DNA of 64,000 bases, taken from a virus. Both the position numbers and the translations under genes were made by a program. The notes beneath the pieces are model-generated. The model saw only the letters and a list, made by a program, of their open reading frames with translations, ran no database searches and had not been told where the DNA came from. Location of the stretch: positions 4,270 through 68,269 of IMG/VR virus record IMGVR_UViG_3300044858_005015; one strand, 5' to 3'. This document shows positions 35,746 through 45,905 of this stretch, one piece after another (within the stretch, counting starts at the first letter, position 1; every line of letters begins with the position of its first letter).

Positions 35746-36738
35746 ATGAGCGATACCTTAGTTATTAATACCTCTACAGAGTATATTAATCTGTCAGTCA
35801 TTACTACGACAGAGCAATATAATGTGTCTGTTGTTGATGGTACATTAGCTCTTTGGGGTACTATATTTGGATCCCTGTCGACTCAAACTGATCTCTGGAG
35901 AGAGTTATCTGCTAAGGCTTTAGAAATAGATCTGCAGAGCTTATCCGGTCAGGTGGTAGATTTGGAAACCTTTATAGCAGCTATCTCCGGTACTTGGAAT
36001 GGAGGACAGCAAGCATTAACCGTTTTGACAAGCAACTCCGCTAATTGGGATTTTAGCTATGATGTAGCTACTTATGTCCAGGCTAACTCTGGTAGCTGGG
36101 AAGAGTCAGCTGAAATTATTCCTACAGTTACTAATTACCTTTCTACCGTCCCGGTTACCCTTAGCTCTGCAGATGTCAGAGGGCAGTTGTTGTCGTCAGG
36201 CACCGATCTTTTTGATATATTTTTAACCACAGAAACTGACAGTCAAACTCTAAGCTATACTCCCTCATCATACAGCTTATCTATATCTAATGGCAACACG
36301 GTTAATTTGTCTTCTATTAATACTACCTTTGCTGCTAACTCAGGAAAGTATGAAAATGTTTATAGTAATGTTGTAAGCAATTCAGCTAACTGGAATACAG
36401 CATTTGATAGATCAACTGTTTTCAGCTCTGTATCAGGCCGTTATAATAGTTCTTCAACTGCAGTTGAGTCAAATTCAGCTAACTGGAATAATGCTTATAA
36501 TACCTCTCTAGCCTATCAAAGTGTATCAGGTACTTTTGCTACCAACTCAACAGTAAGTTCTGTATCAGGTCTTTTAACACCTTTAACCCTTACAAGAACT
36601 TTAACTAGTCAGCTATTACCTACAACCACTTATCAACAAGCTTCCGGTAATTGGCAAGACACTTATACTAATTTTTCCCAAAATTCTGCTACATATTGCA
36701 CCAAATCTCTAGCTTTAGCTTTTGCAATAGCATTATAA
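35746..36738 (+). CDS. tail fibre protein with SANWNxAY repeats
   Basis: Repeated SANW/SGNW units; LSISNGNTVNLS. Confidence 0.7.
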   Translation: MSDTLVINTSTEYINLSVITTTEQYNVSVVDGTLALWGTIFGSLSTQTDLWRELSAKALEIDLQSLSGQVVDLETFIAAISGTWNGGQQALTVLTSNSANWDFSYDVATYVQANSGSWEESAEIIPTVTNYLSTVPVTLSSADVRGQLLSSGTDLFDIFLTTETDSQTLSYTPSSYSLSISNGNTVNLSSINTTFAANSGKYENVYSNVVSNSANWNTAFDRSTVFSSVSGRYNSSSTAVESNSANWNNAYNTSLAYQSVSGTFATNSTVSSVSGLLTPLTLTRTLTSQLLPTTTYQQASGNWQDTYTNFSQNSATYCTKSLALAFAIAL

Positions 36739-36750
36739 ATATTAAACATA

Positions 36751-37491
36751 ATGAAGACCTTAATAACCAATTATACATTTTCACCGAGTACCAAACAGGT
36801 GTTTTTGTCTGGTTTTTCTTATAATATTCTCCAGGATCAGTTATTATTGATAACCAATGTTTCTCAGAATATTATAATTTATAATTTCGCTGACCCCACA
36901 GCTGGAGGCAATATAGTTAATAATGTTGTTACCTTGTCGGCTGATACCACATCAATGCTATCTTCGGATAGACTACAAATATTTTTAGATGATTTAAGAG
37001 ATCCTCTATACGGTGTTTACCAAGACGCTACTTCGTATTCCCCAGTTACTTCTGTATCTGCTGTTCCTTCTCTAACAGGGGTAAATGCTAATCTCACCAT
37101 TGATGTCCAAACTGGAGGTGCCATGGCCCTTCAAGGTGACTTAGATAAAGATATAGATTCAGTTACTACCTTTGATGTCGGGTATGCTTCAGTATCAAAC
37201 TTTTTATCAGCACAGACTCTAGGAACCGTTCCTTCAGGCACCGGTGTTCAGGTCTTGTCCGCTAATGCTAATAGAATTACATTATTTGGTCAGAATTTAG
37301 GAACTCAACCTTTGCTCGTTAAATACGGTCTTGGTTGTAATGTTTCTTCTTTTAATTTTATCTTGTACCCGGGTACAGCAGGTGGAGACGGGAGAGGGGA
37401 AAAGTTTTCTGATGATCGCTATAAAGGAGATGTATCAGTTAATACTACAACAGGTCTGTCAGCACAATATATCTTTTGGGAGGGAGTTTAA
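36751..37491 (+). CDS. tail fibre-associated structural protein
   Basis: YTF.P..K...LLLITNV..N.IIYNFADP N-terminal domain. Confidence 0.65.
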   Translation: MKTLITNYTFSPSTKQVFLSGFSYNILQDQLLLITNVSQNIIIYNFADPTAGGNIVNNVVTLSADTTSMLSSDRLQIFLDDLRDPLYGVYQDATSYSPVTSVSAVPSLTGVNANLTIDVQTGGAMALQGDLDKDIDSVTTFDVGYASVSNFLSAQTLGTVPSGTGVQVLSANANRITLFGQNLGTQPLLVKYGLGCNVSSFNFILYPGTAGGDGRGEKFSDDRYKGDVSVNTTTGLSAQYIFWEGV

Positions 37492-37494
37492 TCT

Positions 37495-38466
37495 ATGCCT
37501 ATTACCTTTGGAGGAAACCCAACGCCGTCTGATGTTTTAAGACCTATTACTCCTATAACTATACCCTCTCATGTCTTTTTACAAGATTTTTTTATGAGTG
37601 GAGGCTCGACTTCGGGAACTTTAGGCCAAATAGGATGGAATCTAGCAGGTACGGGAGCGGGAGCAGCTGTAGGTGGAGCAAGTTCCGGTTTAATCATAGC
37701 TCCAGCTGCTGGTATTACTTCATCTTTAAATACAGCAGCTGTTTTTCTTCCAGGAAATAACTATACAGGCGCGGCTCTCATAAATGCAAATCCTTCTACA
37801 CCTACAATAACACAGCACACTATTGTAGCAAGAAATGTAAGAACTTTTACCAATAACTCATCTTTTTCTTTTGGTTTCGGGCAACAGTCAGGTGGCACAG
37901 CTTCTCCTAATAAGGTAATTCATGAAAACAGTATAGGTGTAGCTTATGTATCCCCTGCATCTGCTACTTGGACTTCAAATTTTGGTGCATCAGTAGGATA
38001 CTCAGTTGTTCCTACAATTTCTAACGGCAGAAAGTATATTTGTACTACAGCAGGCACTACAGACTTGACAGAACCAACATGGCCATTAAATTACGGAACA
38101 ACCGTAACTGACGGTACAGTAACTTGGACTAATGCAGGTTATTCAGGTAATCCTAACTATATATGTTTTACTACAGGAACCGATCCTATTAGTACTGCTA
38201 ATATTTTAGTTACTAATTTTGTGGCACCGACCGCGCAATCTGGCCAGCCAATAACTGATTTTAGCGTGAGAGTAGACGCTCTCAGTGCGTATTTTAGCAT
38301 TAACAATTCAGCTGAAGTCGCTCTCCCCAGAGTAGCAGGTGCTAATTCCTTTACTCCTTATTTTGCTGTTAGAAATGATTTAGGTATATCTCCCGCAGGT
38401 GCTGCTTGTACATCTTTTAGATACTTTGGTTACTACGCACCTCGAAGAGCTGTAACAGATCCATAA
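37495..38466 (+). CDS. tail fibre/receptor-binding protein with CBM-like insert
   Basis: NGRKYICTTAGTT...EPTWP...GTTVTDGTVTWT. Confidence 0.65.
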   Translation: MPITFGGNPTPSDVLRPITPITIPSHVFLQDFFMSGGSTSGTLGQIGWNLAGTGAGAAVGGASSGLIIAPAAGITSSLNTAAVFLPGNNYTGAALINANPSTPTITQHTIVARNVRTFTNNSSFSFGFGQQSGGTASPNKVIHENSIGVAYVSPASATWTSNFGASVGYSVVPTISNGRKYICTTAGTTDLTEPTWPLNYGTTVTDGTVTWTNAGYSGNPNYICFTTGTDPISTANILVTNFVAPTAQSGQPITDFSVRVDALSAYFSINNSAEVALPRVAGANSFTPYFAVRNDLGISPAGAACTSFRYFGYYAPRRAVTDP

Positions 38467-38477
38467 TATTTCTATAA

Positions 38478-39383
38478 ATGCGCTACTATGGTATACAAAA
38501 TGAAGTTAAAGCATATTTGAATAGACTCCAAAGTGAAACATCTATTCAAATAACCCCTTCTATTGTAAAGACCTTAAATGATAGAGTAGAATCTTTAAAG
38601 AAGTCTGGTGTCTGGTCACAGTTTGGCTTAGGTTTTAATGATACAGATGCTGATAATTATTTTCAAAGAGCCTCAGTAAATGATGTAATAGGGAGATCAG
38701 AAGTATGTTGGTTTGTTCGAGGAATAAAGTCTTTAGGTCTGTGGCAGAATATGGTCAGTTGGCCTTTGAGAAGTTATCAGAATGCAGGAACAGGAAGCAC
38801 TGTTTATAGTTTAGGGGGTGGAGGTATATCAAATGGTACTATGGTTAATTCTCCAACTTGGGGCATAGATGGTATTACTTTTTCAGCAACATCTTCTCAG
38901 ACTAAAACAGATACATTAGGTCTTCCACCTACACCATTTAGTTCTATTGTAGTTGGTAAAAGAGTTTTAGGTACGGGTACAGCATCGTGGGAATATGTAG
39001 GTACCGGTTCAGAAGGTACTCGATCAGTAGCAAGAAGAGTATATGCTAATAATTCTATGGGCATAAGCATACAAGGTGTAGGTTATACTATGTTAGTGAA
39101 TACAAACGATCAAACATTTACAGATAATATCGAATATGTTCATATGACAATGCCCTCTCTCGTAAATGCAAATGCTGAAGTTTTTATAAATTTAACAAAA
39201 CCAGCCCAAACAGCAGGAGGAGCTAATTGGGGAGTAAATGCTTCAACAGGAGGTATATTTCGAGTTTTAGGAGATTTGATTTTTCAAACTACGTTTCATG
39301 CAACATTTAACATTAGTATAAACAATGTTAACTTTTACAACCTCTACAAATCAACCCTCGGCTCCAACCTCGGACTACCATAA
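38478..39383 (+). CDS. putative receptor-binding paralogue 1
   Basis: Shared N-module (FV.GIK.LGLW..MV.WP.RS..NAGTGSTVYSLGG), variable beta-rich body, LYK.TLG..L.LP end. Confidence 0.7.
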   Translation: MRYYGIQNEVKAYLNRLQSETSIQITPSIVKTLNDRVESLKKSGVWSQFGLGFNDTDADNYFQRASVNDVIGRSEVCWFVRGIKSLGLWQNMVSWPLRSYQNAGTGSTVYSLGGGGISNGTMVNSPTWGIDGITFSATSSQTKTDTLGLPPTPFSSIVVGKRVLGTGTASWEYVGTGSEGTRSVARRVYANNSMGISIQGVGYTMLVNTNDQTFTDNIEYVHMTMPSLVNANAEVFINLTKPAQTAGGANWGVNASTGGIFRVLGDLIFQTTFHATFNISINNVNFYNLYKSTLGSNLGLP

Positions 39384-39386
39384 CAT

Positions 39387-40211
39387 ATGGCAAAACGATA
39401 CTACAATTTAGAAAAAGAGACAAAAGAGTATTTGAAGGCTTGTGAGGCTAAGAATGTAGCTCCGTTTAGAGCTATTAAAGATATTAATGATATTTTTATA
39501 AATCAGAAAGCTAATAACCGATTAGGTTCTTCTTTTATAACTAATCTAAATTTAAACGGGGCTGTTTTATTTTCAGACGCTTCTTTACAGAGTTCTTATA
39601 CAGGCACAGGTAACTCTTTTGGAGATATAAGCAGTTTTAATAACAATGGTACCATATCAGGTCAAATATTTACAAATGACGGCTTAGGTAGTTTTTTATT
39701 CAATAACAACTCCATAACATTTCCGAATACAATAAATGGTATTCAGCCTTTACAGACAAGTTATGCAATATCAGTATGGATCAAATTAGTCACTAGACCG
39801 TTAATTGCCAACTACTATGGTTTTTTTGCCCATCAATCATTAGCATCAGTAAGTGCAGGTACCCCTAGATTAGAAATAGGTCAAGATATAAGCGGTAATT
39901 TATATTTTGCAACTTATAACCACTCTACAGGTGTTGTAAATAACGGTGCTTCAATTTTTATGTTGCCTTTAGGGACTTGGATTAATATTTGTGTAGTAGC
40001 GGGGTCAAATTTAAACAGAACTTTTGTAAACGGGCAACTCGTTAATTCTGTTTCTGTAACTTCTAACTTTCCTGATTTCACTCATCCCACTTTTTTGGGA
40101 TATAGAAACTATAATGGTTTAGCATCTAATTTAATAATTTATAATAGAGAGCTTACAGCACTTGAAGTACTCCAAAACTACAACGCATTAAGAGGGAGGT
40201 TCGGTTTATGA
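39387..40211 (+). CDS. putative receptor-binding paralogue 2, LamG/ConA-like
   Basis: RYYNLEKETKEYL start; ISVWIK...W.NI.VV...FVNGQ...IYNRELTA.EV.QNYNA.RGRFGL. Confidence 0.75.
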   Translation: MAKRYYNLEKETKEYLKACEAKNVAPFRAIKDINDIFINQKANNRLGSSFITNLNLNGAVLFSDASLQSSYTGTGNSFGDISSFNNNGTISGQIFTNDGLGSFLFNNNSITFPNTINGIQPLQTSYAISVWIKLVTRPLIANYYGFFAHQSLASVSAGTPRLEIGQDISGNLYFATYNHSTGVVNNGASIFMLPLGTWINICVVAGSNLNRTFVNGQLVNSVSVTSNFPDFTHPTFLGYRNYNGLASNLIIYNRELTALEVLQNYNALRGRFGL

Positions 40212-41020
40212 TTTCATCCAAATCATACGGCTTACAAAATGAGACAAGGCAGTACCTAAGAAGGTTATATGCTTACGGGAGAGAACTAGCTCCTACAGAT
40301 GTTGCTGATATAGATAATTTTATAAAGGGTTTAAAACAATTGAATTTCTGGGGTAATGTTATTTGTTGGCCTATGAGATCTATACATAACATAGGTACAG
40401 GTTCTACAGTTCTTAGTTTAGGTAAAATGAATGATGGTTACCAAGGAAACGGAACACTATTAAATAGCCCTACATGGAGTTCTAATGGTATTGTTTTTGA
40501 TATTGGTAGTATACATAGTATGCAGTGGACTAATTTTAGATATCCTTTGTATTTTATGACCCAAACAACTCTTTCTGTCAATACTTCAGTTGCTACAGAT
40601 ATAAACCTACTTGGTACCAGCGTAGCAAGTATTGGTAGTCCGAACAGTTTAACTCTTAAAATAAGCAATTTACAAGGTAGAACGTGGAGAACGTGGAGAT
40701 ATCTTACAAGTTCAAATCACGATCTTATATTTACAAACAATTACGACACATCTTGGAGAACTATTACATGTTATTTAAACAACACATTTAAAGCTGTTAG
40801 AAACAATAAAACTCAAATAGGTAGTACCTCGATAGACGCAACGTTTTTACAGAGAACTATAACAGACTGTATCGGGGCAGCGACTGCCAGTACCACGTTT
40901 AGATTTCATGGTACAATTGCTTCTCATTTAATAACTAGAGCACCAATTTCGTCAACAGAAAGTGACAATCTTCATGATCTAGTTAAAACCACAATAGGTA
41001 AAGGATTGAACTTACCATAA
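40208..41020 (+). CDS. putative receptor-binding paralogue 3
   Basis: Shared N-module and GKGLNLP end. Confidence 0.7.
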   Translation: MISSKSYGLQNETRQYLRRLYAYGRELAPTDVADIDNFIKGLKQLNFWGNVICWPMRSIHNIGTGSTVLSLGKMNDGYQGNGTLLNSPTWSSNGIVFDIGSIHSMQWTNFRYPLYFMTQTTLSVNTSVATDINLLGTSVASIGSPNSLTLKISNLQGRTWRTWRYLTSSNHDLIFTNNYDTSWRTITCYLNNTFKAVRNNKTQIGSTSIDATFLQRTITDCIGAATASTTFRFHGTIASHLITRAPISSTESDNLHDLVKTTIGKGLNLP

Positions 41021-41024
41021 CACT

Positions 41025-41849
41025 ATGTCCACACCCAGACAATACCAATTTGATGTAGATACTAAGCGTTATCTCAACAGAGTTAACACTTATAGGTCTT
41101 TAAACGGCTTGCCAGATATTCAGAAGTCTGATGCAGCTGATATAGACAACTTTGTGATTGGGTTGAAGGACTTAAATTTATGGCAAAACACAACACTTTG
41201 GCTCATGAGATCTGTTCACAATATAAGTGTTGGTTCAAATCTTTTATGCACCGGAGGAGGGCCTCAGTTAGATATAACTCTTATCAACTCTCCGTCATGG
41301 ACAACAAATGGCATAACCTTCAATAGAAGTCTTGATCAATACGGCTTGACAAGAGTAGTTGATGTTTTAAACGATTTTGGTGCCTTTGTTGTTGTTGATC
41401 ATGATAGAAACAATGGTGGTTCTTTTATTACTCAAGATAGGTGGTCAGGGGCTTCTGGAGACGGTGGGTTTAATTGGCTTTTACAAAGAAACGATTCAAC
41501 TTCAGTACAGTTATTTATCGGTAATAATACTACAGGATCAGCTTTTACGAATATTACAGCACCAACATCAGGTTTTATGTTCCATGGAGGCATAAAATCT
41601 ATAAGAGGTAATTCACATAGTGTGAACGGGGGTGCGGTTTCTACTGTAGGGTCTGTTAGTCAATTTTTAGGCACCAAAAGAATGGCTATAAGTTTGGCCA
41701 GATCAGGGTGGGGGTCTGGTAGTGCTATGTCAGGAACTATGGCTGCAGCATGTTATTTAAATACCAGCTTATCTCCCACCCAACAAACATTTCAAAGTTT
41801 AAATAGCTTGTTAAGAGCTACCATTTGTAAAGACATTTTAACCACATAA
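41025..41849 (+). CDS. putative receptor-binding paralogue 4
   Basis: Shared N-module DIDNFVIGLKDLNLW...MRSVHN. Confidence 0.7.
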   Translation: MSTPRQYQFDVDTKRYLNRVNTYRSLNGLPDIQKSDAADIDNFVIGLKDLNLWQNTTLWLMRSVHNISVGSNLLCTGGGPQLDITLINSPSWTTNGITFNRSLDQYGLTRVVDVLNDFGAFVVVDHDRNNGGSFITQDRWSGASGDGGFNWLLQRNDSTSVQLFIGNNTTGSAFTNITAPTSGFMFHGGIKSIRGNSHSVNGGAVSTVGSVSQFLGTKRMAISLARSGWGSGSAMSGTMAAACYLNTSLSPTQQTFQSLNSLLRATICKDILTT

Positions 41850-41854
41850 CAACC

Positions 41855-42658
41855 ATGCCCAGAATAAGAACATACGGATTAGATATAGACACAATCAGAT
41901 ATGCCCAGAGGGTCAAGTCTGGTTCTGGTACTACTATACTCCCTGAACCTTTAAAGCAGATTAATAAGTTTGTTGTAGGGGTTAAGAAGCTGGGGTTATG
42001 GAACTCTATGGTCTGCTGGCCTATGAGAAGTATTCATAATGCGGGAACTGGTAGTACAGTTTATAGTTTAGGGGGCTTGCAGATATCGAATGGCACTATG
42101 GTCAATTCTCCTGTTTGGGGTGATAAAGGAATTAAATTTGGAGATAATTCAAATCGGCATATGACCACAGGTATAACCCCCGCTCTTAATTCTAATTACA
42201 ATGTTTTTGCTGCTATGGAATGCTTGCCCCAAGGGGTTGCTTTTAACGTGATGGGGTCAACGAGAAACGGTACTACAGGTGGATTCACAATGGCTCAATT
42301 TTGGAATAGTGCTTGGAACAATATTGCATGGGTGTCTAGTGGTACTTGGGCAGAGAATAGAATAACACCCCCCATAACAGACGGTACGTACAATACTGCT
42401 TCGTTTAGAGTGAATTGTACACCCACCCACGTAACAGGACTGTCAATAAACAGCAATGTTGAACAAACAATCACAGGCACGGGCGTGGTGCAGATTGCTC
42501 ATAGCCCAATGATTATAGGTAATGAAGGACCAACAAGCACTCGTTCTTTTGACGGAAATCTTGCCTTTACATCCTATATAGTAACATCTACTATACCTGT
42601 AACCTTCTTACACACCCTTTATAAAAGATCTCTAGGTCTAGGTTTAAACATCCCTTAA
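41855..42658 (+). CDS. putative receptor-binding paralogue 5
   Basis: Shared N-module and LYKRSLGLGLNIP end. Confidence 0.7.
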   Translation: MPRIRTYGLDIDTIRYAQRVKSGSGTTILPEPLKQINKFVVGVKKLGLWNSMVCWPMRSIHNAGTGSTVYSLGGLQISNGTMVNSPVWGDKGIKFGDNSNRHMTTGITPALNSNYNVFAAMECLPQGVAFNVMGSTRNGTTGGFTMAQFWNSAWNNIAWVSSGTWAENRITPPITDGTYNTASFRVNCTPTHVTGLSINSNVEQTITGTGVVQIAHSPMIIGNEGPTSTRSFDGNLAFTSYIVTSTIPVTFLHTLYKRSLGLGLNIP

Positions 42659-42699
42659 AACTATTTGAAAACTTTCAACAACTAAATAATATATAATAT

Positions 42700-43047
42700 A
42701 TGAACTTCTCAACTGAATTTAAGACATTTGCTTTTTCTGCTGAACTAGTCGAACAGCTTCCCCAGCTTATTGAACAGTACGGTGAACCAGCACAAGACGG
42801 TTTACAGACTTATACTACGATTGCTGCAGGTTGGGATGATTTAGAACATACAAGGATAAGAGCATTGAGAATTCCGGAAACGGTTTCTTTAACAGATCTC
42901 GTAGATGGTCGTAAAGCTTATACCGCTCTTTGGTCATTAAGACTCTTAGAAGCTTTTAATCAGGGTTTGTTTCCTCAAGTAGAAGAACTAACTCAAGAAC
43001 AGCTTCAAGCCTTGTTGCCTGTTATTGAAGAGCCAGTTACTGAATAA
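42700..43047 (+). CDS. late hypothetical protein, possible fibre chaperone
   Basis: TAAATA upstream; follows the paralogue array. Confidence 0.55.
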   Translation: MNFSTEFKTFAFSAELVEQLPQLIEQYGEPAQDGLQTYTTIAAGWDDLEHTRIRALRIPETVSLTDLVDGRKAYTALWSLRLLEAFNQGLFPQVEELTQEQLQALLPVIEEPVTE

Positions 43048-43936
43048 GCTTTTCAAATTCTCTATCAATTGTTTCTTGATTAAAAAGAGTGCTCGCATCA
43101 TAGTTTCGCGGGCATTGGTGGCCTTGAGTTAGTAAAGGGTAAGAGTCTAAATAAGACTCGAGATTGTCGTATCCGAATCTTAGGTTACTAATTATATTCG
43201 TATGGGTGCTGTAACCGTATACGATAGGAGAATTTCCAATCCAATGAACTAAGGAAGGTTTATTAAAACAAGCCATAACGTGCTGTACCACACTATCAAT
43301 ACCAATAGCTGTTTTACATTGTGAAAGAAGTAAGAGTAATTCTCTTAATGTAAGATCGAGCTGGGTACAGTTGTCTAATTGTATCTGGTTGTTATTTTTA
43401 ATTTGTACGAATGTAAATTTATCTCTATATTTGTTTATAATAGGTATAACATATCGCGGAGGGAGATCTCTAAACCAGTTAAAGCTTATATGTTTGGGGT
43501 TATTGCCCATACCTCCATTAACTTGTACTGCTATGAGAGGTTTATTATTAGAATAGTTTTGTGCCAGTAATTGAGCGTTTTGTTCTTCAATTTGGTTAAA
43601 ATGAAGTTCAGGCTTGTTAAAGTCATAATCAATCTGCAATGACTTACACCAGGCTTTAGCTAAATTTGTCTTTCTGGTTATAACTTCATTTGAGTTATAA
43701 GGTTCATGTTTGAAGACGATAGTGTCTTTATCTCTTATATAGTTCTCGTAAAAATACGGACACATACCTATCTTATATACCCGATAGATATTAGGGTTGT
43801 GTAAGAAGACTTCCGGGTAAGGAGATACAACAACAAGCTGTCTTTCCGGAAAGGTCTTCTTTATTGCGCGAACTACATTCGTCGCTACAACATTCTTACC
43901 TATTCCACCTTCGACATGGAATACCGAATACTGCAT
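43037..43936 (-). CDS. GT9/heptosyltransferase-like glycosyltransferase
   Basis: GGIG..V.....V.AIK..FP, FL.NP.I, IGIDS...H..A.F.KP. Confidence 0.75.
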   Translation of the reverse strand: MQYSVFHVEGGIGKNVVATNVVRAIKKTFPERQLVVVSPYPEVFLHNPNIYRVYKIGMCPYFYENYIRDKDTIVFKHEPYNSNEVITRKTNLAKAWCKSLQIDYDFNKPELHFNQIEEQNAQLLAQNYSNNKPLIAVQVNGGMGNNPKHISFNWFRDLPPRYVIPIINKYRDKFTFVQIKNNNQIQLDNCTQLDLTLRELLLLLSQCKTAIGIDSVVQHVMACFNKPSLVHWIGNSPIVYGYSTHTNIISNLRFGYDNLESYLDSYPLLTQGHQCPRNYDASTLFNQETIDREFEKLIQ

Positions 43937-43938
43937 TT

Positions 43939-44196
43939 TTATTCTTCTGGTGTTTCAGTATAAGCAGCTTTAGCTCTTACCACAGCATCTTCTAAAGAGT
44001 CTTTTTGCTCCTGGGTTAAAGCTTCTTGATAAATAGCTTTACCAAGCTGTAGTTCAATATGTCCTACATTAGCTTTAAGGATCTGTTGCTTCATCTTACC
44101 TTCATTTTCATTGGCAAGAGCTTGATCGATAGCGTAGACACTATCCATAAGAGCTGATACATTTGCTTTTTCTACGAATGGTTGTTTCTGTGACAT
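43939..44196 (-). CDS. late hypothetical protein
   Basis: TAAATA upstream; DSV...NV.H.EL.L pattern. Confidence 0.6.
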   Translation of the reverse strand: MSQKQPFVEKANVSALMDSVYAIDQALANENEGKMKQQILKANVGHIELQLGKAIYQEALTQEQKDSLEDAVVRAKAAYTETPEE

Positions 44197-44219
44197 ATAT
44201 TCTATTTATCTTAAGTTGT

Positions 44220-45002
44220 TTAAAAGTTAAAGTGAAAATTTTGAAATTGTTCATGCATATAACCTAGAACTTCTTTTGAATCGTCTTTTACTGGGGCTAT
44301 TTTAGGTCTAATGGTGTGAAGATCAGTAAAGCCGTGTTCAGCATCATTCTCTTTCGTATACTGAGGTATATTGTTAAAGTCATGATCGAAGTATTCTTCA
44401 TCTAAAAACTCATAAACGTACTTTATAGTAAGTTCGGGCTGTGTAGTTAGCTTGTCAAAATCAATAAAGTGAAATTTATCTCTGTGACCTCTCATTACAG
44501 CGTCTCTAATGGAGTTAAATGTACCACCGATTAACCCGTCTTGAGCGGCCCATACACCAAGTCTTCCTTCCAGTGTTTGCATCTGCGGGCCAGTCTCCAT
44601 AGGAGAGTTTATATTTTTTATTTCTTTTCTATAAAGCTTTTCCATAGAGGCCAGGATACAGGTTATCTTTCTTGTAGTAGTTAAGATTTTAATAGGGTGG
44701 CCTAAAGCATTTTCTACGAGTTCAATTTTAGGTGCCCAGCCTCTCGATTTATTAAAGACTGTAGGGCGATCGGTGTCCTGATGATAGGACTGAAAGAGAT
44801 CTTTAATAATTGACAACTGCTTTTCGGGTGTTTCAGAAGCTTTAATTACCGGATTGTTTTTCCAAAACTGATGCACCCCCTGAACCAATTCAGATAAACC
44901 TGAAGTCGGTGTAACATGAAATTTTGGGTTCTGTGCTAGAATGTTGCACAGAAGGGTTGAACCTGAACGGGGCATCCCGTTTATGAAGTAAATTTTTCTC
45001 AT
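44220..45002 (-). CDS. sulfotransferase family protein (second paralogue)
   Basis: NGMPRSGSTLL..IL.QNP, HDFNN..QYT.E, HTIR. Confidence 0.85.
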   Translation of the reverse strand: MRKIYFINGMPRSGSTLLCNILAQNPKFHVTPTSGLSELVQGVHQFWKNNPVIKASETPEKQLSIIKDLFQSYHQDTDRPTVFNKSRGWAPKIELVENALGHPIKILTTTRKITCILASMEKLYRKEIKNINSPMETGPQMQTLEGRLGVWAAQDGLIGGTFNSIRDAVMRGHRDKFHFIDFDKLTTQPELTIKYVYEFLDEEYFDHDFNNIPQYTKENDAEHGFTDLHTIRPKIAPVKDDSKEVLGYMHEQFQNFHFNF

Positions 45003-45292
45003 TTAACCTTCTCAACCAAAGCTGCCAAATAAGGTACTAAGTCTAAAGCTGTGTCGTGTTTGTACCCACCTAAGAATCTACTATACTTTTGATCAATAAA
45101 GACTGCCAGACCGATAGCGGTTAGAGCATCTTTATCGAGATCTTTATCAGTGTATTTCTTTACGATAGCCTTAGTCAAGTGCCACACAGCATCTTCGCCC
45201 CAGGAGTCACTATACTGACTACCGCGTTCCTGCATTGTACTAGCAACTTCTTTAATAGTTGCTGTAGCTGCTTTAATGAATTCGTTTTGCAT
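44999..45292 (-). CDS. all-alpha nucleotide-modification-associated (Nmad1/DUF6378-like) protein
   Basis: ERG.QY.DSW...K.SR......D...DL..Y pattern. Confidence 0.5.
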   Translation of the reverse strand: MQNEFIKAATATIKEVASTMQERGSQYSDSWGEDAVWHLTKAIVKKYTDKDLDKDALTAIGLAVFIDQKYSRFLGGYKHDTALDLVPYLAALVEKVK

Positions 45293-45576
45293 TAACGTCC
45301 TAACCAGTTAATGGTAGAGGCTGCCGAACAATCCGTAGTATCAAAGAAGAGAGAGTGTTGCTGGCCACCAGCTTCGACTAAGAACGAGATAATACGACGA
45401 GGAGTCTTAGAATAGGAGACCATACGGTTCATAGTCTGTTCATTGATAATCTCATAAGCTCCGTTAAAGTTTCTTGAGATCTGTTGACGAAGGAAGTCCA
45501 TAATATCCTTACCCCCGACTTGTTCTGGTTTAACAATATAAATGTTTGGTTCTGTGCTCATATTTTTAATTATCAA
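45292..45576 (-). CDS. hypothetical protein
   Basis: ORF track. Confidence 0.55.
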   Translation of the reverse strand: MIIKNMSTEPNIYIVKPEQVGGKDIMDFLRQQISRNFNGAYEIINEQTMNRMVSYSKTPRRIISFLVEAGGQQHSLFFDTTDCSAASTINWLGR

Positions 45577-45833
45577 AAGTTAGGCTCATATTCCACCACA
45601 GAGTCAACTCGAAAGGATCTCCAGGCTAGTTTTTCTAAATCCCATACCGGGAGCACATTAGGGTTTTCTTTTTTAGTTCTTTTAACTTCCCCTTCAGTCA
45701 AAGTTTCTGGTTCTGGGAGATATTCTTCAGACAATGTGCAAACCATTTTACGTAAAGTGTCGTCTTTCTTTTTGAACTTGACAGTTACTACTCGTTCTTT
45801 TAACATTTTTATAAGGTCTTCTCGTGTTGCCAT
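45573..45833 (-). CDS. DUF2693/WYL-like SH3 beta-barrel protein
   Basis: VTVKFKKKD.T.R.M.CTL...VWDLEK.AWRSFR.DSV. Confidence 0.8.
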   Translation of the reverse strand: MATREDLIKMLKERVVTVKFKKKDDTLRKMVCTLSEEYLPEPETLTEGEVKRTKKENPNVLPVWDLEKLAWRSFRVDSVVEYEPNF

Positions 45834-45870
45834 ATTTCAATAATACCTCAAAAGAGAGTGAAATCAACTC

Positions 45871-45898
45871 TTGACTTAAACCTTTAAGCATCTATACT
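45871..45898 (+). promoter_or_regulatory. sigma70-like promoter
   Basis: TTGACT-N16-TATACT, ATG at 45906. Confidence 0.65.
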
Positions 45899-45905
45899 TA
45901 ACGGC

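Noticed and set aside
38478-42658. Invertase-driven shufflon
   Set aside because: All copies are complete, co-oriented genes; I saw no recombinase or inverted crossover sites.
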